Below are positions 19,517-29,672 of a DNA stretch of 64,000 bases, piece by piece; positions within the stretch are counted from its first letter, which is position 1; each line of letters starts with the position of its first letter. A model generated the notes under the pieces. That model ran no database searches, had not been told where the DNA came from, and saw only the letters and a list, made by a program, of their open reading frames with translations. A program made the position numbers and the translations under genes. The DNA comes from a virus (taxonomy: Duplodnaviria > Caudoviricetes), in the IMG/VR virus record IMGVR_UViG_3300046170_000323; one strand, written 5' to 3'.

Positions 19517-20579
19517 CCAAGATTCATAGCCTCAATATATAATTCATTCACCAACGTCTTCACCTTTTGTTTGTCGACTTTCGTATCCAGTCCATCGATA
19601 TACTGATGCAAGATTTCTTTGGTATCTTTGGTCTCATCCATAATTTCTTCTGCGCCGACACTTTCTAAGTTCATTGCATCGTCAATTGACTTGATGTCAA
19701 CTGCGCCACTCTCTGACAACTTGTTCATGAACAGATCGTACAGATAGTGGTTAGTCCGATTTTTTCACAATGACTTTGACATATGCATTTTCCTAAAGCA
19801 CTAGTATCAAGGTCTTGAATCTGATCGACAGTCAAGTCTTCGTCATCGTAATCAATCTTATGGAACATTCTATACGGATTTGCCACCTTTGTCAAGTCTT
19901 TTGTTTCAGTGTCAAAAATATGGAATCCACGGTCACCATTATGATCAGACCATGTCATCTCATAAGGCGCACCAAGATACTTGATATTTGAATGTTGTGA
20001 GGGGTGGTGGAAATGTCCAGACCAGACATGTTCAAAGTTAGAGAATCGTTTCATCTCTAAACCATGTGTACATACGTGTCCACGCATCATCTCGAAACCT
20101 TTGACTTCAAGGTGACCACATAGAACATCTGCATCTGACATATCAATAGACGCCATAACTGAGTCGTAGTTCGACTTGGTAATCCAAGGAACCATAAGGA
20201 ACTTCGTAGAACCTTTGGTCAACTCAACAGCATCATGTTGGTACAGAGTAAAATTACTATACTCTTGCAACAACAGGTTCATACTGTTTACGTCATTTGT
20301 ATTTGTGTAGTACGTTGTGTGGTTACCCACCAAAGCATGATATTCGATATTTCGTTTTGCAAGTTCATCGAAAAAGAACTCCTTACCTCTCTTGAGGCTT
20401 TGATAATTGATGTACTTCCGCCGATCAAATGTATCTCCTAGATCAAATACGGTTGTGATGTCGTTATTGTCTAGGTAGGGGAAGAAAACGTTTTTAAAAA
20501 ATGTTTCCTGATGATCAAGAAATACTTGACTATCCCCTCGCACACCAATGTGCATATCTGTAATTATTGCTATCTTCAT
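19513..20579 (-). CDS. gp47: Recombination endonuclease nuclease subunit (gp47, Mre11/SbcD-like); two +1 insertions near 19760-19795
   Basis: TDMHIG, LGDTFD, GNH, GHL, SGHFH. Confidence 0.93.
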
Positions 20580-20998
20580 TCAAGTTGCCCTGTTTCCCTC
20601 ATGGACTTTCGTATCTTAGTTGCGCTGATCTCATGAATCTCTTTACCAAGATCATGTTCAGTAAAAGTATACCCCACACCACGTCCATAACTGATGTCTA
20701 CGATGTTTGGAACTTTCATTATAACATACTCTCTACCATATGTAAAGCCCTCTTGTATAAGAGACATTTCTATTTCGTCGTAGACTTTGTCGAAATCAAA
20801 TGGATTGTCATCTTGAGTTGCAGTACGTCCAGCGCCTACATCCTCACCAACGATACCACCCACATCACGAATCATGATAACTACTTGACCTGTGATTGCA
20901 AGTGCACGTTTAAATAATTCTTGATGTCCTTTGTGCCAAGGTTGCCACCTGCCTAACATCTGTACAGTTGGTTTGTTCCAATCGAAACCGATACTCAT
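20576..20998 (-). CDS. HIGH-motif nucleotidyltransferase (cytidylyltransferase-like)
   Basis: GRWQPWHKGH, ISATKIR. Confidence 0.8.
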   Translation of the reverse strand: MSIGFDWNKPTVQMLGRWQPWHKGHQELFKRALAITGQVVIMIRDVGGIVGEDVGAGRTATQDDNPFDFDKVYDEIEMSLIQEGFTYGREYVIMKVPNIVDISYGRGVGYTFTEHDLGKEIHEISATKIRKSMRETGQLE

Positions 20999-21007
20999 TA
21001 CTACTCC

Positions 21008-21442
21008 TTATCGACAATAATCTAAGTCGAGATATTTTTCTAAAACTTCAGCTAATTGTTGATGAGTGTCATTGAACCACTTACACACGTGATAATCATA
21101 CTCATCGATATGAGGTTGTTCAAATATTTTATTTGTATCCTCAAACCTTCCCTCTTGAATTGTATCCATCCATACTGCAAAATCTGCATTGAAGAATATA
21201 CGGGCTTCAGCGGTAGGACAGATGAAGTCTGCAACTGCAACCTTACCTGCCTTCACTACACCATCTGCTAAGAACTTCATACGCATCGCTTGACGCATAC
21301 GTCCCTCTGGTGTGAAGTCCCAGTCATTGTACTCTTCACGTACCCTGTCTGCGTTTAAATGAACACCGTTGACGAGTTTCGCCAACGGCTCTGCAAGAGT
21401 TGATTTGCCAGATCCTGGCAAACCATATACTAGAATTTTCAT
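21008..21442 (-). CDS. Adenylylsulfate-kinase-like P-loop kinase
   Basis: GLPGSGKST, LNADRVR, DFTPEGRMRQ, ADFICP. Confidence 0.7.
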   Translation of the reverse strand: MKILVYGLPGSGKSTLAEPLAKLVNGVHLNADRVREEYNDWDFTPEGRMRQAMRMKFLADGVVKAGKVAVADFICPTAEARIFFNADFAVWMDTIQEGRFEDTNKIFEQPHIDEYDYHVCKWFNDTHQQLAEVLEKYLDLDYCR

Positions 21443-22083
21443 TTATTGCTCCTCGTCAAAAACCTTTCCGTTTTCATCGCAAGGTTTTAATGTTATTGGA
21501 CAATTGATATAGAATTCACAACCGACATCTAAGAAGTCCAAGTTTTCGACTGATTCGTAACCGTCTTCATCCCAAGCTTCTTCTACATTTTCTAAGTATG
21601 CATTCATTTCATCTTCATCAAGATATCCATCGGCATCGTCTGCCGCAAATTGACGGATTGACCAGTCTTCCCAACATCCATCCCATGTTTCGATCATCTC
21701 CGCATCATAATCACTAACCTCATGGAAGGTACAAGCTTCAGAAGGTATCTGGCGTGAACAGCGTCGATGAGTTCGATTATCTGTTCATCTGATTCTTCAC
21801 AGTCTCCAGACACATAATCGTCATACACCTCTTGAATGTTTTTATAATATGGTTCTTCCTGTGCATCGCCGCCAAATCGTCTGTTAGCGAATGTCATGAT
21901 TTCTTCTTCTGTCTCTGGAATAGTGACTAACCAAGATCCCCATCTCCAACCAACTTCAAGGGTTGCCCATAGAGAGTTTTTATATTGAGAGTCACTTTGC
22001 CATCCACCATCAATATCTTTTTTAAATACTGTCTCTTCCGCAATCGACTTTTTATAAGTCGGTTCCATAACAAAATACTTCAT
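21443..22083 (-). CDS. Acidic hypothetical protein (split by insertions near 21730-21765)
   Basis: ORFs 21694..22083 and 21443..21697 join via FTPDTFEACTFHEVSDYDAEMIE. Confidence 0.55.
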
Positions 22084-22578
22084 CTACGATTGTTCCTTCT
22101 TCGCTTTGAGTTTACCTTCAAACTCTTCTATAAAATCATTGATATATTCTGGGGGTTCGGACATTTGAATTCCGTTACCCATTCCATCCATTGCACCCAT
22201 ACTTGTCATTGCTTTCTGAGATGACTTGAATCGGATGTAAAGTTGTTTCTTTTCTTTCTGGATCCTTCTTAGAAATGCATACCATATAATCTGTGTGAAA
22301 TATGCAAAAGGGTTCTTTGATTTTTCTGGATCAAAATTGTGAATGTATTGTAAACAGTTTTCAATCCCATCTGAAATCATATCATCTTTATAGGAATATC
22401 CAGAGAAGTTTGGTTTCGTCGCAAGACGATTCGCAATCTTGAAGATGCACTCTCCCACATAATTTGGTACTCGTGGAATCTCTTCCCCTGCATCTTCCGC
22501 TTCCTTGCACTCTTCCTTATATTGAATAAGTGCCTCCAGAAGGTCTTTGTTGTTTACGTAGTTTCTTTTCTTAGCCAC
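22084..22578 (-). CDS. gp55: Late-transcription sigma factor (gp55)
   Basis: NYVNNKDLL, YVGECIFKIA, YKDDMISDGIENC, NPFAYFTQI...AFLRRI. Confidence 0.97.
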   Translation of the reverse strand: MAKKRNYVNNKDLLEALIQYKEECKEAEDAGEEIPRVPNYVGECIFKIANRLATKPNFSGYSYKDDMISDGIENCLQYIHNFDPEKSKNPFAYFTQIIWYAFLRRIQKEKKQLYIRFKSSQKAMTSMGAMDGMGNGIQMSEPPEYINDFIEEFEGKLKAKKEQS

Positions 22579-22613
22579 ATGTAGGTTCCCTCTGTTGTGT
22601 TGAAATTAGGTCT

Positions 22614-22642
22614 ATTGTACACTATGTTGATAGGGTTGTCAA
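22614..22642 (-). promoter_or_regulatory. sigma70-like promoter for gp55
   Basis: TTGACA-17bp-TACAAT. Confidence 0.7.
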
Positions 22643-22678
22643 GCAGATAATTTTTTTCATCTTTTTTGAAAATAGTTC

Positions 22679-22707
22679 TTGCCTTTCCTGATCAACGTTG
22701 TTATAAT
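22679..22707 (+). promoter_or_regulatory. sigma70-like promoter facing antisense into uvsW
   Basis: TTGCCT-17bp-TATAAT; the same -35 variant is used at 32166 and 39314. Confidence 0.6.
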
Positions 22708-22743
22708 CGATTTATCGCTTTAAAAGATACCTTTATGGCTGCT

Positions 22744-24234
22744 TTAGATGTCAACCGTGTACACCTTAAATGGGAACTCTTGCGCCCCATAGATCTCAAT
22801 TCTCTTTCTAAAATGTTTTAATGTATAATTTTGGAACGATCCTGTAGAGAGATCGTCAGCGATATCATACAGCGTAGCGTGATCGGCATCGTTTCCTTTT
22901 CTTAGGGTTCTTCCGATTGACTGGAGAACCTTGATCTCAGACTTTGAACCAGAGGCGAAAATCACATTGTCCAACTTCTGTAGGTTAACCCCTGTTGAAA
23001 AGACTCCATAGGATGCAAGGATATCATGTCTCTTGTCTTTATCCTCTTCCACCATGTGTCTGATCGCCTCACGTTCATCTCCCTTTGTACCACCATAAAT
23101 GAAATGCAAGACTCTGTCTTCCTTGCGAAGCAAGGGTTCTAGGATCTTTCCGTGTTTCTCAACCAGATCAAAAAGGATCAGATTGTTCTGACCTTCCAGT
23201 GACCAGACGAGATTACGGATGAACATATTTCTCTTCTCGTGGTTCGTCAAGAACTCACGTTCTGCCGGATACTTTTTCTGAGGCGCATCAATCTTCTTGA
23301 ATGCATCCTTGAAAGATTTCTTTGTCTCTTTATTATAGTTGAGTACAATTGCTTTGACGTTGAAGTCTGCAACTGTCCCTGCGTCAATAAGGTTCTTAGT
23401 TGTGACTGCACGTTTGACAGATCCGAAACAACCTTCCAAAACCATACGGTGTGTCTTCGACTCCGAAGACTTTAGGGTTCCAGTGAATCCATGTCTATAC
23501 TTACAGTCAGATAATTTTTCTAGGATAGTAGTAAGTGACTTCGCAGCAAACAGGTGCGCCTCGTCTCCAAGTACAACATCAAACTGATCGAACCATGCTT
23601 TGGGTTGTTTGATGAGTGACTGCCATGTCGATATTACAACAGGCGCCTTGGTGTGTTTGTCAACACCACCTTGAATTTTGTAGATCTCTTCCTTACATCC
23701 ATAGTCAACAAAGTCACCTGCCATCTGATGGACAAGACCAATCGTCGGGACAATAATCAATGTCCTGTGATCGAACGTGTGCCAATAGTGTTGTTGAAGT
23801 AGGTAGATGATAAGAGACTTACCTGACGAAGTAGGAGATACACTGAGTGTTCTGTTATTCGCAATCGCATTACAGATATATTCTGACTGATAATCACGTG
23901 GTGTGTATTTACAGTTAATATGTTCTGCAAGCGCAGTTGGATAATCATCCACACATACATCCGAATCATATTCTTTTGTTTCTATATTAAGTTCGTATTC
24001 CCTAACGTCACAAAATTCTTTTAACTTACCCAACAACCCAACATAGAGTTTAGGTCTCATAGGTTGATAAAGTCTAATGACTCCATCCCACATACGAGTT
24101 TTTACCTTTGGGTGATATTGCCACCCTTCTGGTTTAAAAGAAAAGAAATCTGAGATCTCTTGTCGTGTCGATGGTTCTGCAAGAACTTTCATATGAACAT
24201 GATCAAGAAATTCAACTGTTACAGTATCTGTCAT
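22744..24234 (-). CDS. uvsW: UvsW DNA helicase
   Basis: PTSSGKS, GDEAH, GFTGT, STGVN, QSIGR.LR. Confidence 0.96.
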   Translation of the reverse strand: MTDTVTVEFLDHVHMKVLAEPSTRQEISDFFSFKPEGWQYHPKVKTRMWDGVIRLYQPMRPKLYVGLLGKLKEFCDVREYELNIETKEYDSDVCVDDYPTALAEHINCKYTPRDYQSEYICNAIANNRTLSVSPTSSGKSLIIYLLQQHYWHTFDHRTLIIVPTIGLVHQMAGDFVDYGCKEEIYKIQGGVDKHTKAPVVISTWQSLIKQPKAWFDQFDVVLGDEAHLFAAKSLTTILEKLSDCKYRHGFTGTLKSSESKTHRMVLEGCFGSVKRAVTTKNLIDAGTVADFNVKAIVLNYNKETKKSFKDAFKKIDAPQKKYPAEREFLTNHEKRNMFIRNLVWSLEGQNNLILFDLVEKHGKILEPLLRKEDRVLHFIYGGTKGDEREAIRHMVEEDKDKRHDILASYGVFSTGVNLQKLDNVIFASGSKSEIKVLQSIGRTLRKGNDADHATLYDIADDLSTGSFQNYTLKHFRKRIEIYGAQEFPFKVYTVDI

Positions 24235-24449
24235 GTTTGAATATCCACATTAGACCCGACAGGTTTTGGAGAGTCTACTAATTCACCGTTTCTATTGTAT
24301 AGAGTATATCCCAATTCAGAAACACGTATTGCGCCGTTCACCATTTGGTGTTCGACGTGAGTTGTAACCAAGTCCTCGCCCACGTAAGCGGTGCGAGTGT
24401 AGTTACTTACAATTTGTGTTGGAAGGATGGGTGGGATAGACTCTACCAT
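24231..24449 (-). CDS. Hypothetical protein
   Basis: 72-aa ORF between uvsY and uvsW. Confidence 0.55.
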   Translation of the reverse strand: MVESIPPILPTQIVSNYTRTAYVGEDLVTTHVEHQMVNGAIRVSELGYTLYNRNGELVDSPKPVGSNVDIQT

Positions 24450-24451
24450 AA

Positions 24452-24886
24452 TTAATAATCACCTGCTTGGAACTTCATAACATCGATCATTGATTTGATT
24501 ACGAAGTTACGAGAGTGTATTGTTTTGATAATATCCTCAAGATAACTTGCACGTTCTTTGTGATAATCTATCTTGAGAGACAACCTGATAATATCTTTAT
24601 CGCTCTGTATGTATTTATCTACATCGTTGCGAAGAACTTTTAACTGGAATGGTTTCCATCCCTTTTCTTTCATTGTCTGTTCGTCTAAGTGACCAGTATA
24701 GTATTCCAGTTTATCTCTTTTTAATTCTGCGAGTACTGCAAGGTTTTTCTTCACAGTCAATGCTTCTTTATAGTACATACCATAATATTTACTATGCAAT
24801 TGTGGTATGCGTTTACTTTCATTTACCAAATTGGTTTCATCGATGGGAGCGTCTTTCGCCCACATCTCATTAATATCATCATTCAT
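24452..24886 (-). CDS. uvsY: Recombination mediator UvsY
   Basis: W.KDAPIDET, IPQLHSKY, KLEYYTG, YIQSDKD; position before uvsW. Confidence 0.9.
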   Translation of the reverse strand: MNDDINEMWAKDAPIDETNLVNESKRIPQLHSKYYGMYYKEALTVKKNLAVLAELKRDKLEYYTGHLDEQTMKEKGWKPFQLKVLRNDVDKYIQSDKDIIRLSLKIDYHKERASYLEDIIKTIHSRNFVIKSMIDVMKFQAGDY

Positions 24887-24893
24887 TTTATAG

Positions 24894-25481
24894 TTACCTT
24901 ATTGGTATAATGTCACAGTTAAAGGAAAAGATTGTCCTTGGTACTTTTGTTTTGTTAGGCATAGAGTAATGTAATAGAAGACTAGGAAAGAATATAATCT
25001 CACCTTCTTTCATATCTGGTGTATGTCTGTAGTCCATCCTATCTAACATATTTTTAAATGGAGCGAAGAACTCAGTTGGGGTATGGTGTCTTGTAAACTC
25101 TGCATATAGAACTGCAGAATACCCAGTCGATTCATGTGTATGTGGTTCCATAGACATGTCTTTCCAATACTTTTGTGCCCAGAGTGTTTGGATCCTCATA
25201 GTACATTCTTTTTGAATTCTATTGAGAGGTGATTTCTCCATCTTACTGACAAACGCATTTAATTCTGGTTTCAACAACTGTTTAAAATCTTCGATGTATT
25301 TTGGTCTATTATCTTCGTTTTTAAATTGCAAATAGTAGTCAGTAAAATATTCATTGAACATACAATCTTTATTTTTCCAATCAACCATTCCCAATAGTTT
25401 TGGTTTTTTCTCTTCCCAGTTTTGTACTGGTACTTTGAAGAAAGGAAGTAGAAACGGATTCGTCTCTTGCACATTTATCAT
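24894..25481 (-). CDS. 2OG-Fe(II) oxygenase (TIGR02466-like)
   Basis: W...Y....MEPHTH, SAVLY, EGEIIFFPSLLLHYS, RTIFSFN. Confidence 0.8.
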   Translation of the reverse strand: MINVQETNPFLLPFFKVPVQNWEEKKPKLLGMVDWKNKDCMFNEYFTDYYLQFKNEDNRPKYIEDFKQLLKPELNAFVSKMEKSPLNRIQKECTMRIQTLWAQKYWKDMSMEPHTHESTGYSAVLYAEFTRHHTPTEFFAPFKNMLDRMDYRHTPDMKEGEIIFFPSLLLHYSMPNKTKVPRTIFSFNCDIIPIR

Positions 25482-25681
25482 TTACTAAAATCCCTATCTA
25501 AGTCAATAAGTCCTCTTTCGATATCACGGGCGAGTGCTCTTATGTCGTCTACCATATATCGACATTGTTCTTTATCGTATGTACCTTGCACACGATAACG
25601 TTCACGATGAAGTTCAATACCTTTATCGTGCAGTACTTTAATTTTTGAGTATAGTTCTTCTACCGAATGTGTCATTACCAC
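25478..25681 (-). CDS. Hypothetical protein
   Basis: 67-aa ORF. Confidence 0.55.
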   Translation of the reverse strand: MVMTHSVEELYSKIKVLHDKGIELHRERYRVQGTYDKEQCRYMVDDIRALARDIERGLIDLDRDFSK

Positions 25682-25724
25682 CCTCTCATTGTCTACAATT
25701 CATAATGTTCCCATTATAACAGAT

Positions 25725-26213
25725 TTACGTGTACGTGTCAACCGTAAAGTTTGTATAACGGAATGCCACAGTCGCTTCTACGTAGTTCGTATCAGTCGCA
25801 GTGATGTCCAGTGGTACTGAGGAGATGGAGATGGGGAAACAATCTTTGAAATTAAATTTGATGTTTGGGTTCTTGTGATTGTTGTTGAGTACAATCGTTA
25901 TATCTGATTGCGTTCCTCTCTCACTCTCTTTGAGATTCTTGTATTGAGTTTGATTTTCTGGAGCGCCCATACCTTCCATCCAGTTCAGAATCTCCAAATA
26001 GTTTTTCATATCCTCATCGACGATAAATGACATGTCGAGATCTGAATAGACCAATTGGCTTGGAGTATCATATAAGATCCCAAGTGGTGAGTTCAACTGT
26101 TGTGGGTTCCCCGACACATCTGGTATTGTCACTTTCTGTGTAAAGAATTCCACATTCGGAAGTCTATCGATAGAAACAAAGAATGACGTTGGAGATAAAT
26201 AGTTAGTGATCAT
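25725..26213 (-). CDS. gp3: Tail completion/tube terminator (gp3-like)
   Basis: NYLSPTSF, NVEFFTQKVTIP, FIVDEDMKNYLEI..W, FKDCFP; late promoter upstream. Confidence 0.85.
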   Translation of the reverse strand: MITNYLSPTSFFVSIDRLPNVEFFTQKVTIPDVSGNPQQLNSPLGILYDTPSQLVYSDLDMSFIVDEDMKNYLEILNWMEGMGAPENQTQYKNLKESERGTQSDITIVLNNNHKNPNIKFNFKDCFPISISSVPLDITATDTNYVEATVAFRYTNFTVDTYT

Positions 26214-26245
26214 TGAAGTGATTACCTTTCAAACTTAATAATAAC

Positions 26246-26253
26246 TATTTATA
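26246..26253 (-). promoter_or_regulatory. T4-type late promoter
   Basis: TATAAATA upstream of gp3. Confidence 0.75.
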
Positions 26254-26474
26254 TGGAGAATGATATGCGTGACATCCTACTAGATGCACTTAGAAAACAT
26301 GCTGAAGGTCATGTTGCAAAACATAAAGCAAATGTAGAAGTTTACTTGCACTCAACAACAGGTATTGGTGAACACCCTGACATCGTAGAAGCGATGGAAG
26401 CGGAACTAATGGAAATCGCAAAATACGATGATGTTTTGGAGATGATTGACAAATACTTTGGTAGTGCAGGGTAA
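26253..26474 (+). CDS. Conserved small T4-like phage protein
   Basis: HAEGHVAKHKANVEVYL...GIGEHPDIVEA. Confidence 0.65.
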   Translation: MENDMRDILLDALRKHAEGHVAKHKANVEVYLHSTTGIGEHPDIVEAMEAELMEIAKYDDVLEMIDKYFGSAG

Positions 26475-26476
26475 AT

Positions 26477-27190
26477 ATGAATCATAAATCTTTAGATCCC
26501 CACAAGATCAGTACCGATGGAATTGATCTCTCTCAGGCTGCGACTCTCTATAGAGAGTTCTTTATCAACTGTGATTATAACTGGTGGTACGAGGTACTCC
26601 CAGATGATATTGTCGTGGATGTCGGTGCTTGTGTGGGGTTCTTCTCTGCACTGGCATTAGATAAAGGTGCAGAACGTGTATACATGATTGAACCGAATCG
26701 TAATCTTTTAAAAACTGCAATAAACAATGTTGCAGATTATATAATCGACGATCCTTCAAAAGTTATACCTGTTCATGGTGCAGTCTCAGAAGATTCAAAT
26801 GACACATTACATGTGTTCGAAGATGATGGATCAGCCTTCCCGAAATTTAGTTTTATTGATTTTATTCATAAACATGAAATCAGTAATATCGATTTCTTAA
26901 AAGTAGATTGTGAGGGAGCGGAATACAATATCTTCAAGAAAGAACAGATTGGTTTCTTTGAGAATAATGTTCGACACATGGCAATAGAATGTCACCTTCG
27001 AGCCGCAGACGACTCACCTGAAAAGTTTATTTCATTCAGAGACAACTTTCTGAAACACTTTATCAACGCTGGTAAGGTGAAAGTTCAGAACAAGACGGTA
27101 CTAGATGCGATAAACAATGACTGGTCAATTAAGAACAGAGACTTTAGGTCTGTACCTGCAGAGTTCATGATCTACATCACTAATTGGTAA
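26477..27190 (+). CDS. FkbM family methyltransferase
   Basis: VVDVGACVGFF, IEPN, FLKVDCEGAE. Confidence 0.88.
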   Translation: MNHKSLDPHKISTDGIDLSQAATLYREFFINCDYNWWYEVLPDDIVVDVGACVGFFSALALDKGAERVYMIEPNRNLLKTAINNVADYIIDDPSKVIPVHGAVSEDSNDTLHVFEDDGSAFPKFSFIDFIHKHEISNIDFLKVDCEGAEYNIFKKEQIGFFENNVRHMAIECHLRAADDSPEKFISFRDNFLKHFINAGKVKVQNKTVLDAINNDWSIKNRDFRSVPAEFMIYITNW

Positions 27191-27887
27191 TATAAACCAT
27201 AAACGAAGAACCCCAACCGATAGGCCAATCACCTAACAGTTTCTCTTCGTTATATGCCAGTGCATGATCCTCATGTTTCAAGAACCTAAGTTGAGATAGG
27301 TCAAACTGTGGTGCGATGTTGTCCCTGAAATTAATCCACTCATAAGGTGCTTCCCTGAATGCATCCAAGTGAAATTCTACAGAGATGTGTTTGACATGAT
27401 GTTTTAAAAACAACATATTTTCTTCTGAGAATACATCAAACTCTGCACCTTCGATGTCGATCTTGAGATAATCTACCCAGTGGATTTGATACTCGTACAT
27501 CAGTTCCATAAAAGTTTTACGAGGAGCGGATGTATCATCACCATAGTAGTTTAGTGCATATCGATCATCTTTACCGATTGCAGCGTGGATAGGAATTACT
27601 GGTGATTCTTTGTGGTCGATCCAATGATCTGCGACATTGTAACAAAGTGTCTTGAGGTGGTTGCGGTTTGCTTCGACTGCATAGACTTTCTTTGCGCCGT
27701 GGTCGAGTGCGTGACATGTGAAGAAACCAACACATGCACCTAGATCAACAACGACATCATCTGGTTGAACTTTATACCACCACTCATAGTCTTTCCTTTG
27801 AAAGAACTCTTCCAACATAGCATTTGTGTCTAATAGATTTAATCCATCAGTACGCAAATCATAGTGTAGATATTTGGTCACGTTCAA
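27180..27887 (-). CDS. FkbM family methyltransferase (paralogue)
   Basis: VVDLGACVGFF, VEAN, YLKIDIEGAE. Confidence 0.88.
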   Translation of the reverse strand: MNVTKYLHYDLRTDGLNLLDTNAMLEEFFQRKDYEWWYKVQPDDVVVDLGACVGFFTCHALDHGAKKVYAVEANRNHLKTLCYNVADHWIDHKESPVIPIHAAIGKDDRYALNYYGDDTSAPRKTFMELMYEYQIHWVDYLKIDIEGAEFDVFSEENMLFLKHHVKHISVEFHLDAFREAPYEWINFRDNIAPQFDLSQLRFLKHEDHALAYNEEKLLGDWPIGWGSSFMVYITN

Positions 27888-27916
27888 CTCCTCATGATAA
27901 ATACATGTAACTTAAC

Positions 27917-27924
27917 TATTTATA
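27917..27924 (-). promoter_or_regulatory. T4-type late promoter
   Basis: TATAAATA upstream of the minus-strand FkbM gene. Confidence 0.65.
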
Positions 27925-27935
27925 GGATGTAATAA

Positions 27936-28559
27936 ATGTCAGATGAATTCTTCTCACGACGAGGCGTGAATTTAGATTCTACACACAGGTGTCCTCTGAT
28001 GTGTCCTAACTGTGCCCGACAGACCTACTATAATGATAGAGGTCAGAAAGTCCCAGGCTGGGATATAACTTTAGAAAATTTCACAAAGGTTGCAAAGTTT
28101 TTCGAAACGATAAACTTCGAAGGACAATACTCTGATCCCGCCCACCATCCAAAATTCATAGACATGTTAAAGATCGCTTACGATAATGTAAGAACGGTAT
28201 ATGTTCAACATGCTGCGAATAAAAAGAAAAACGTGGATTGGTATAGGAGAGCATGGGATGCACATCCATACGCAAGGTGGAGATTTTCTATTGATGGGTT
28301 ACCGAAAGATAGTCACAAATATAGAATAAACCAAGATGGAAAATTTCTTTTCAAAATGATGATCAAATCAAAATTCCATCTTCATAATAAACCAATGTGG
28401 CAATATATTGTTTTCAAATACAATCAAGATGATATAGACGAGGCAGTTGAGTTAGCGGCGAAACATGATATTGAATTCTACCTGATCCATAGTGGTCGTT
28501 GGAAAAGTATAGATGATCCTTTGATGCCACGTAAAGAATTTAGAATGAGGACTAGTTAA
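27936..28559 (+). CDS. Radical SAM protein
   Basis: CPLMCPNC (CxxxCxxC), G..SDP, FSIDG, WQYIVFKYNQ. Confidence 0.88.
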   Translation: MSDEFFSRRGVNLDSTHRCPLMCPNCARQTYYNDRGQKVPGWDITLENFTKVAKFFETINFEGQYSDPAHHPKFIDMLKIAYDNVRTVYVQHAANKKKNVDWYRRAWDAHPYARWRFSIDGLPKDSHKYRINQDGKFLFKMMIKSKFHLHNKPMWQYIVFKYNQDDIDEAVELAAKHDIEFYLIHSGRWKSIDDPLMPRKEFRMRTS

Positions 28560-28978
28560 TGTCAATAGAAGAGGCAATGGAAAAACTCAATCAGATTGGT
28601 GAAGAATCACAAGGACAACCATTAGATCCTATGTGTTTCAAAGGGTTTCCATTTGCAGTCACCAATCAGAATATTCTGTTACCGTGTTGTTACTTGGATA
28701 CATTAGGAAACATGCAACACGAATCTATGCAAGATCTTATTGCGGTTAGTAACATAGATGATTATGAAACTATAGACGAAATACTTCTGACCGAACCGTG
28801 GCAAAAGTTTTATAAAGACTTAAAGAATAATTATGGCCCACCTGCATGTCATCATACATGTTCCCGAAAGAGTGGCCCAGTAAGACAAGATGTCCATATT
28901 GACCCCAAGGACAAAAGTAAAAAGAAAACAGTAAATTTTGGTGATGAATCGTACAATGAACGTGTCAAAGACGAATAA
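28559..28978 (+). CDS. Stand-alone SPASM/twitch-like Fe-S domain protein
   Basis: C...FAVTNQNILLPCCY...C..TC; TAATG coupling to the radical SAM gene. Confidence 0.7.
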   Translation: MSIEEAMEKLNQIGEESQGQPLDPMCFKGFPFAVTNQNILLPCCYLDTLGNMQHESMQDLIAVSNIDDYETIDEILLTEPWQKFYKDLKNNYGPPACHHTCSRKSGPVRQDVHIDPKDKSKKKTVNFGDESYNERVKDE

Positions 28979-29672
28979 CTATAGAAACTATGAATACACC
29001 TTGCAAACTAAAACGAGAGTTATGGTATGGCACAGACAAGCCATTTACGATACGTTTAAAGTTTTTAAGAATTCAGATTTGGTCATTTGTGATCACCTCG
29101 AATATTTCAAGATGGCGTTGATCGCATATCGACACTTTATAGATGACGATCACGAAATAACATTAGAACCATATCAAGAATTCTTTGGAGAAGATAGAGA
29201 TGTCTTTAAAGAAGTTGCACGTGCAAAGTTTAATTCGTTTTGGAAATCTAAAAAAGATGATCCGTTCGAGGACATCAAAGCATCCCCCAGAAAAAGAAAA
29301 GGTATCGTTACTTCTCTCATAGAAAGAAAGTATTGGCACGATGTACCAGAAGATCTGGAGTCAAAAGGATTCCAAGATCCTGATGCAACATTACTTGAGT
29401 CAATGTTATCCACACACCCAGACTTCTATAATCTAGGTGACTCACGTTCCTTTGAGAACGCAGACGAACTAATCAACAAAATGCAAATCGCAAGAGATGC
29501 GAGAATGTACATTGGATCTTGTTGCGCATGGTCAAACTGGACTGCAGAGAATGGTGTCCCTACGTACATCACATTTAATGCCCTTACTGGTTGTGAACAT
29601 CATAGTGATACGTTAGTGAAACAAATTCTACCCCACCTCAGAAAGGGATATGTCCAACCCATTCTCAAATGA
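28956..29672 (+). CDS. Hypothetical protein (possibly glycosyltransferase-like)
   Basis: ORF; C-terminal IGSCCAWS resembles GT-B shared-substrate loops (weak). Confidence 0.45.
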   Translation: MNVSKTNNYRNYEYTLQTKTRVMVWHRQAIYDTFKVFKNSDLVICDHLEYFKMALIAYRHFIDDDHEITLEPYQEFFGEDRDVFKEVARAKFNSFWKSKKDDPFEDIKASPRKRKGIVTSLIERKYWHDVPEDLESKGFQDPDATLLESMLSTHPDFYNLGDSRSFENADELINKMQIARDARMYIGSCCAWSNWTAENGVPTYITFNALTGCEHHSDTLVKQILPHLRKGYVQPILK

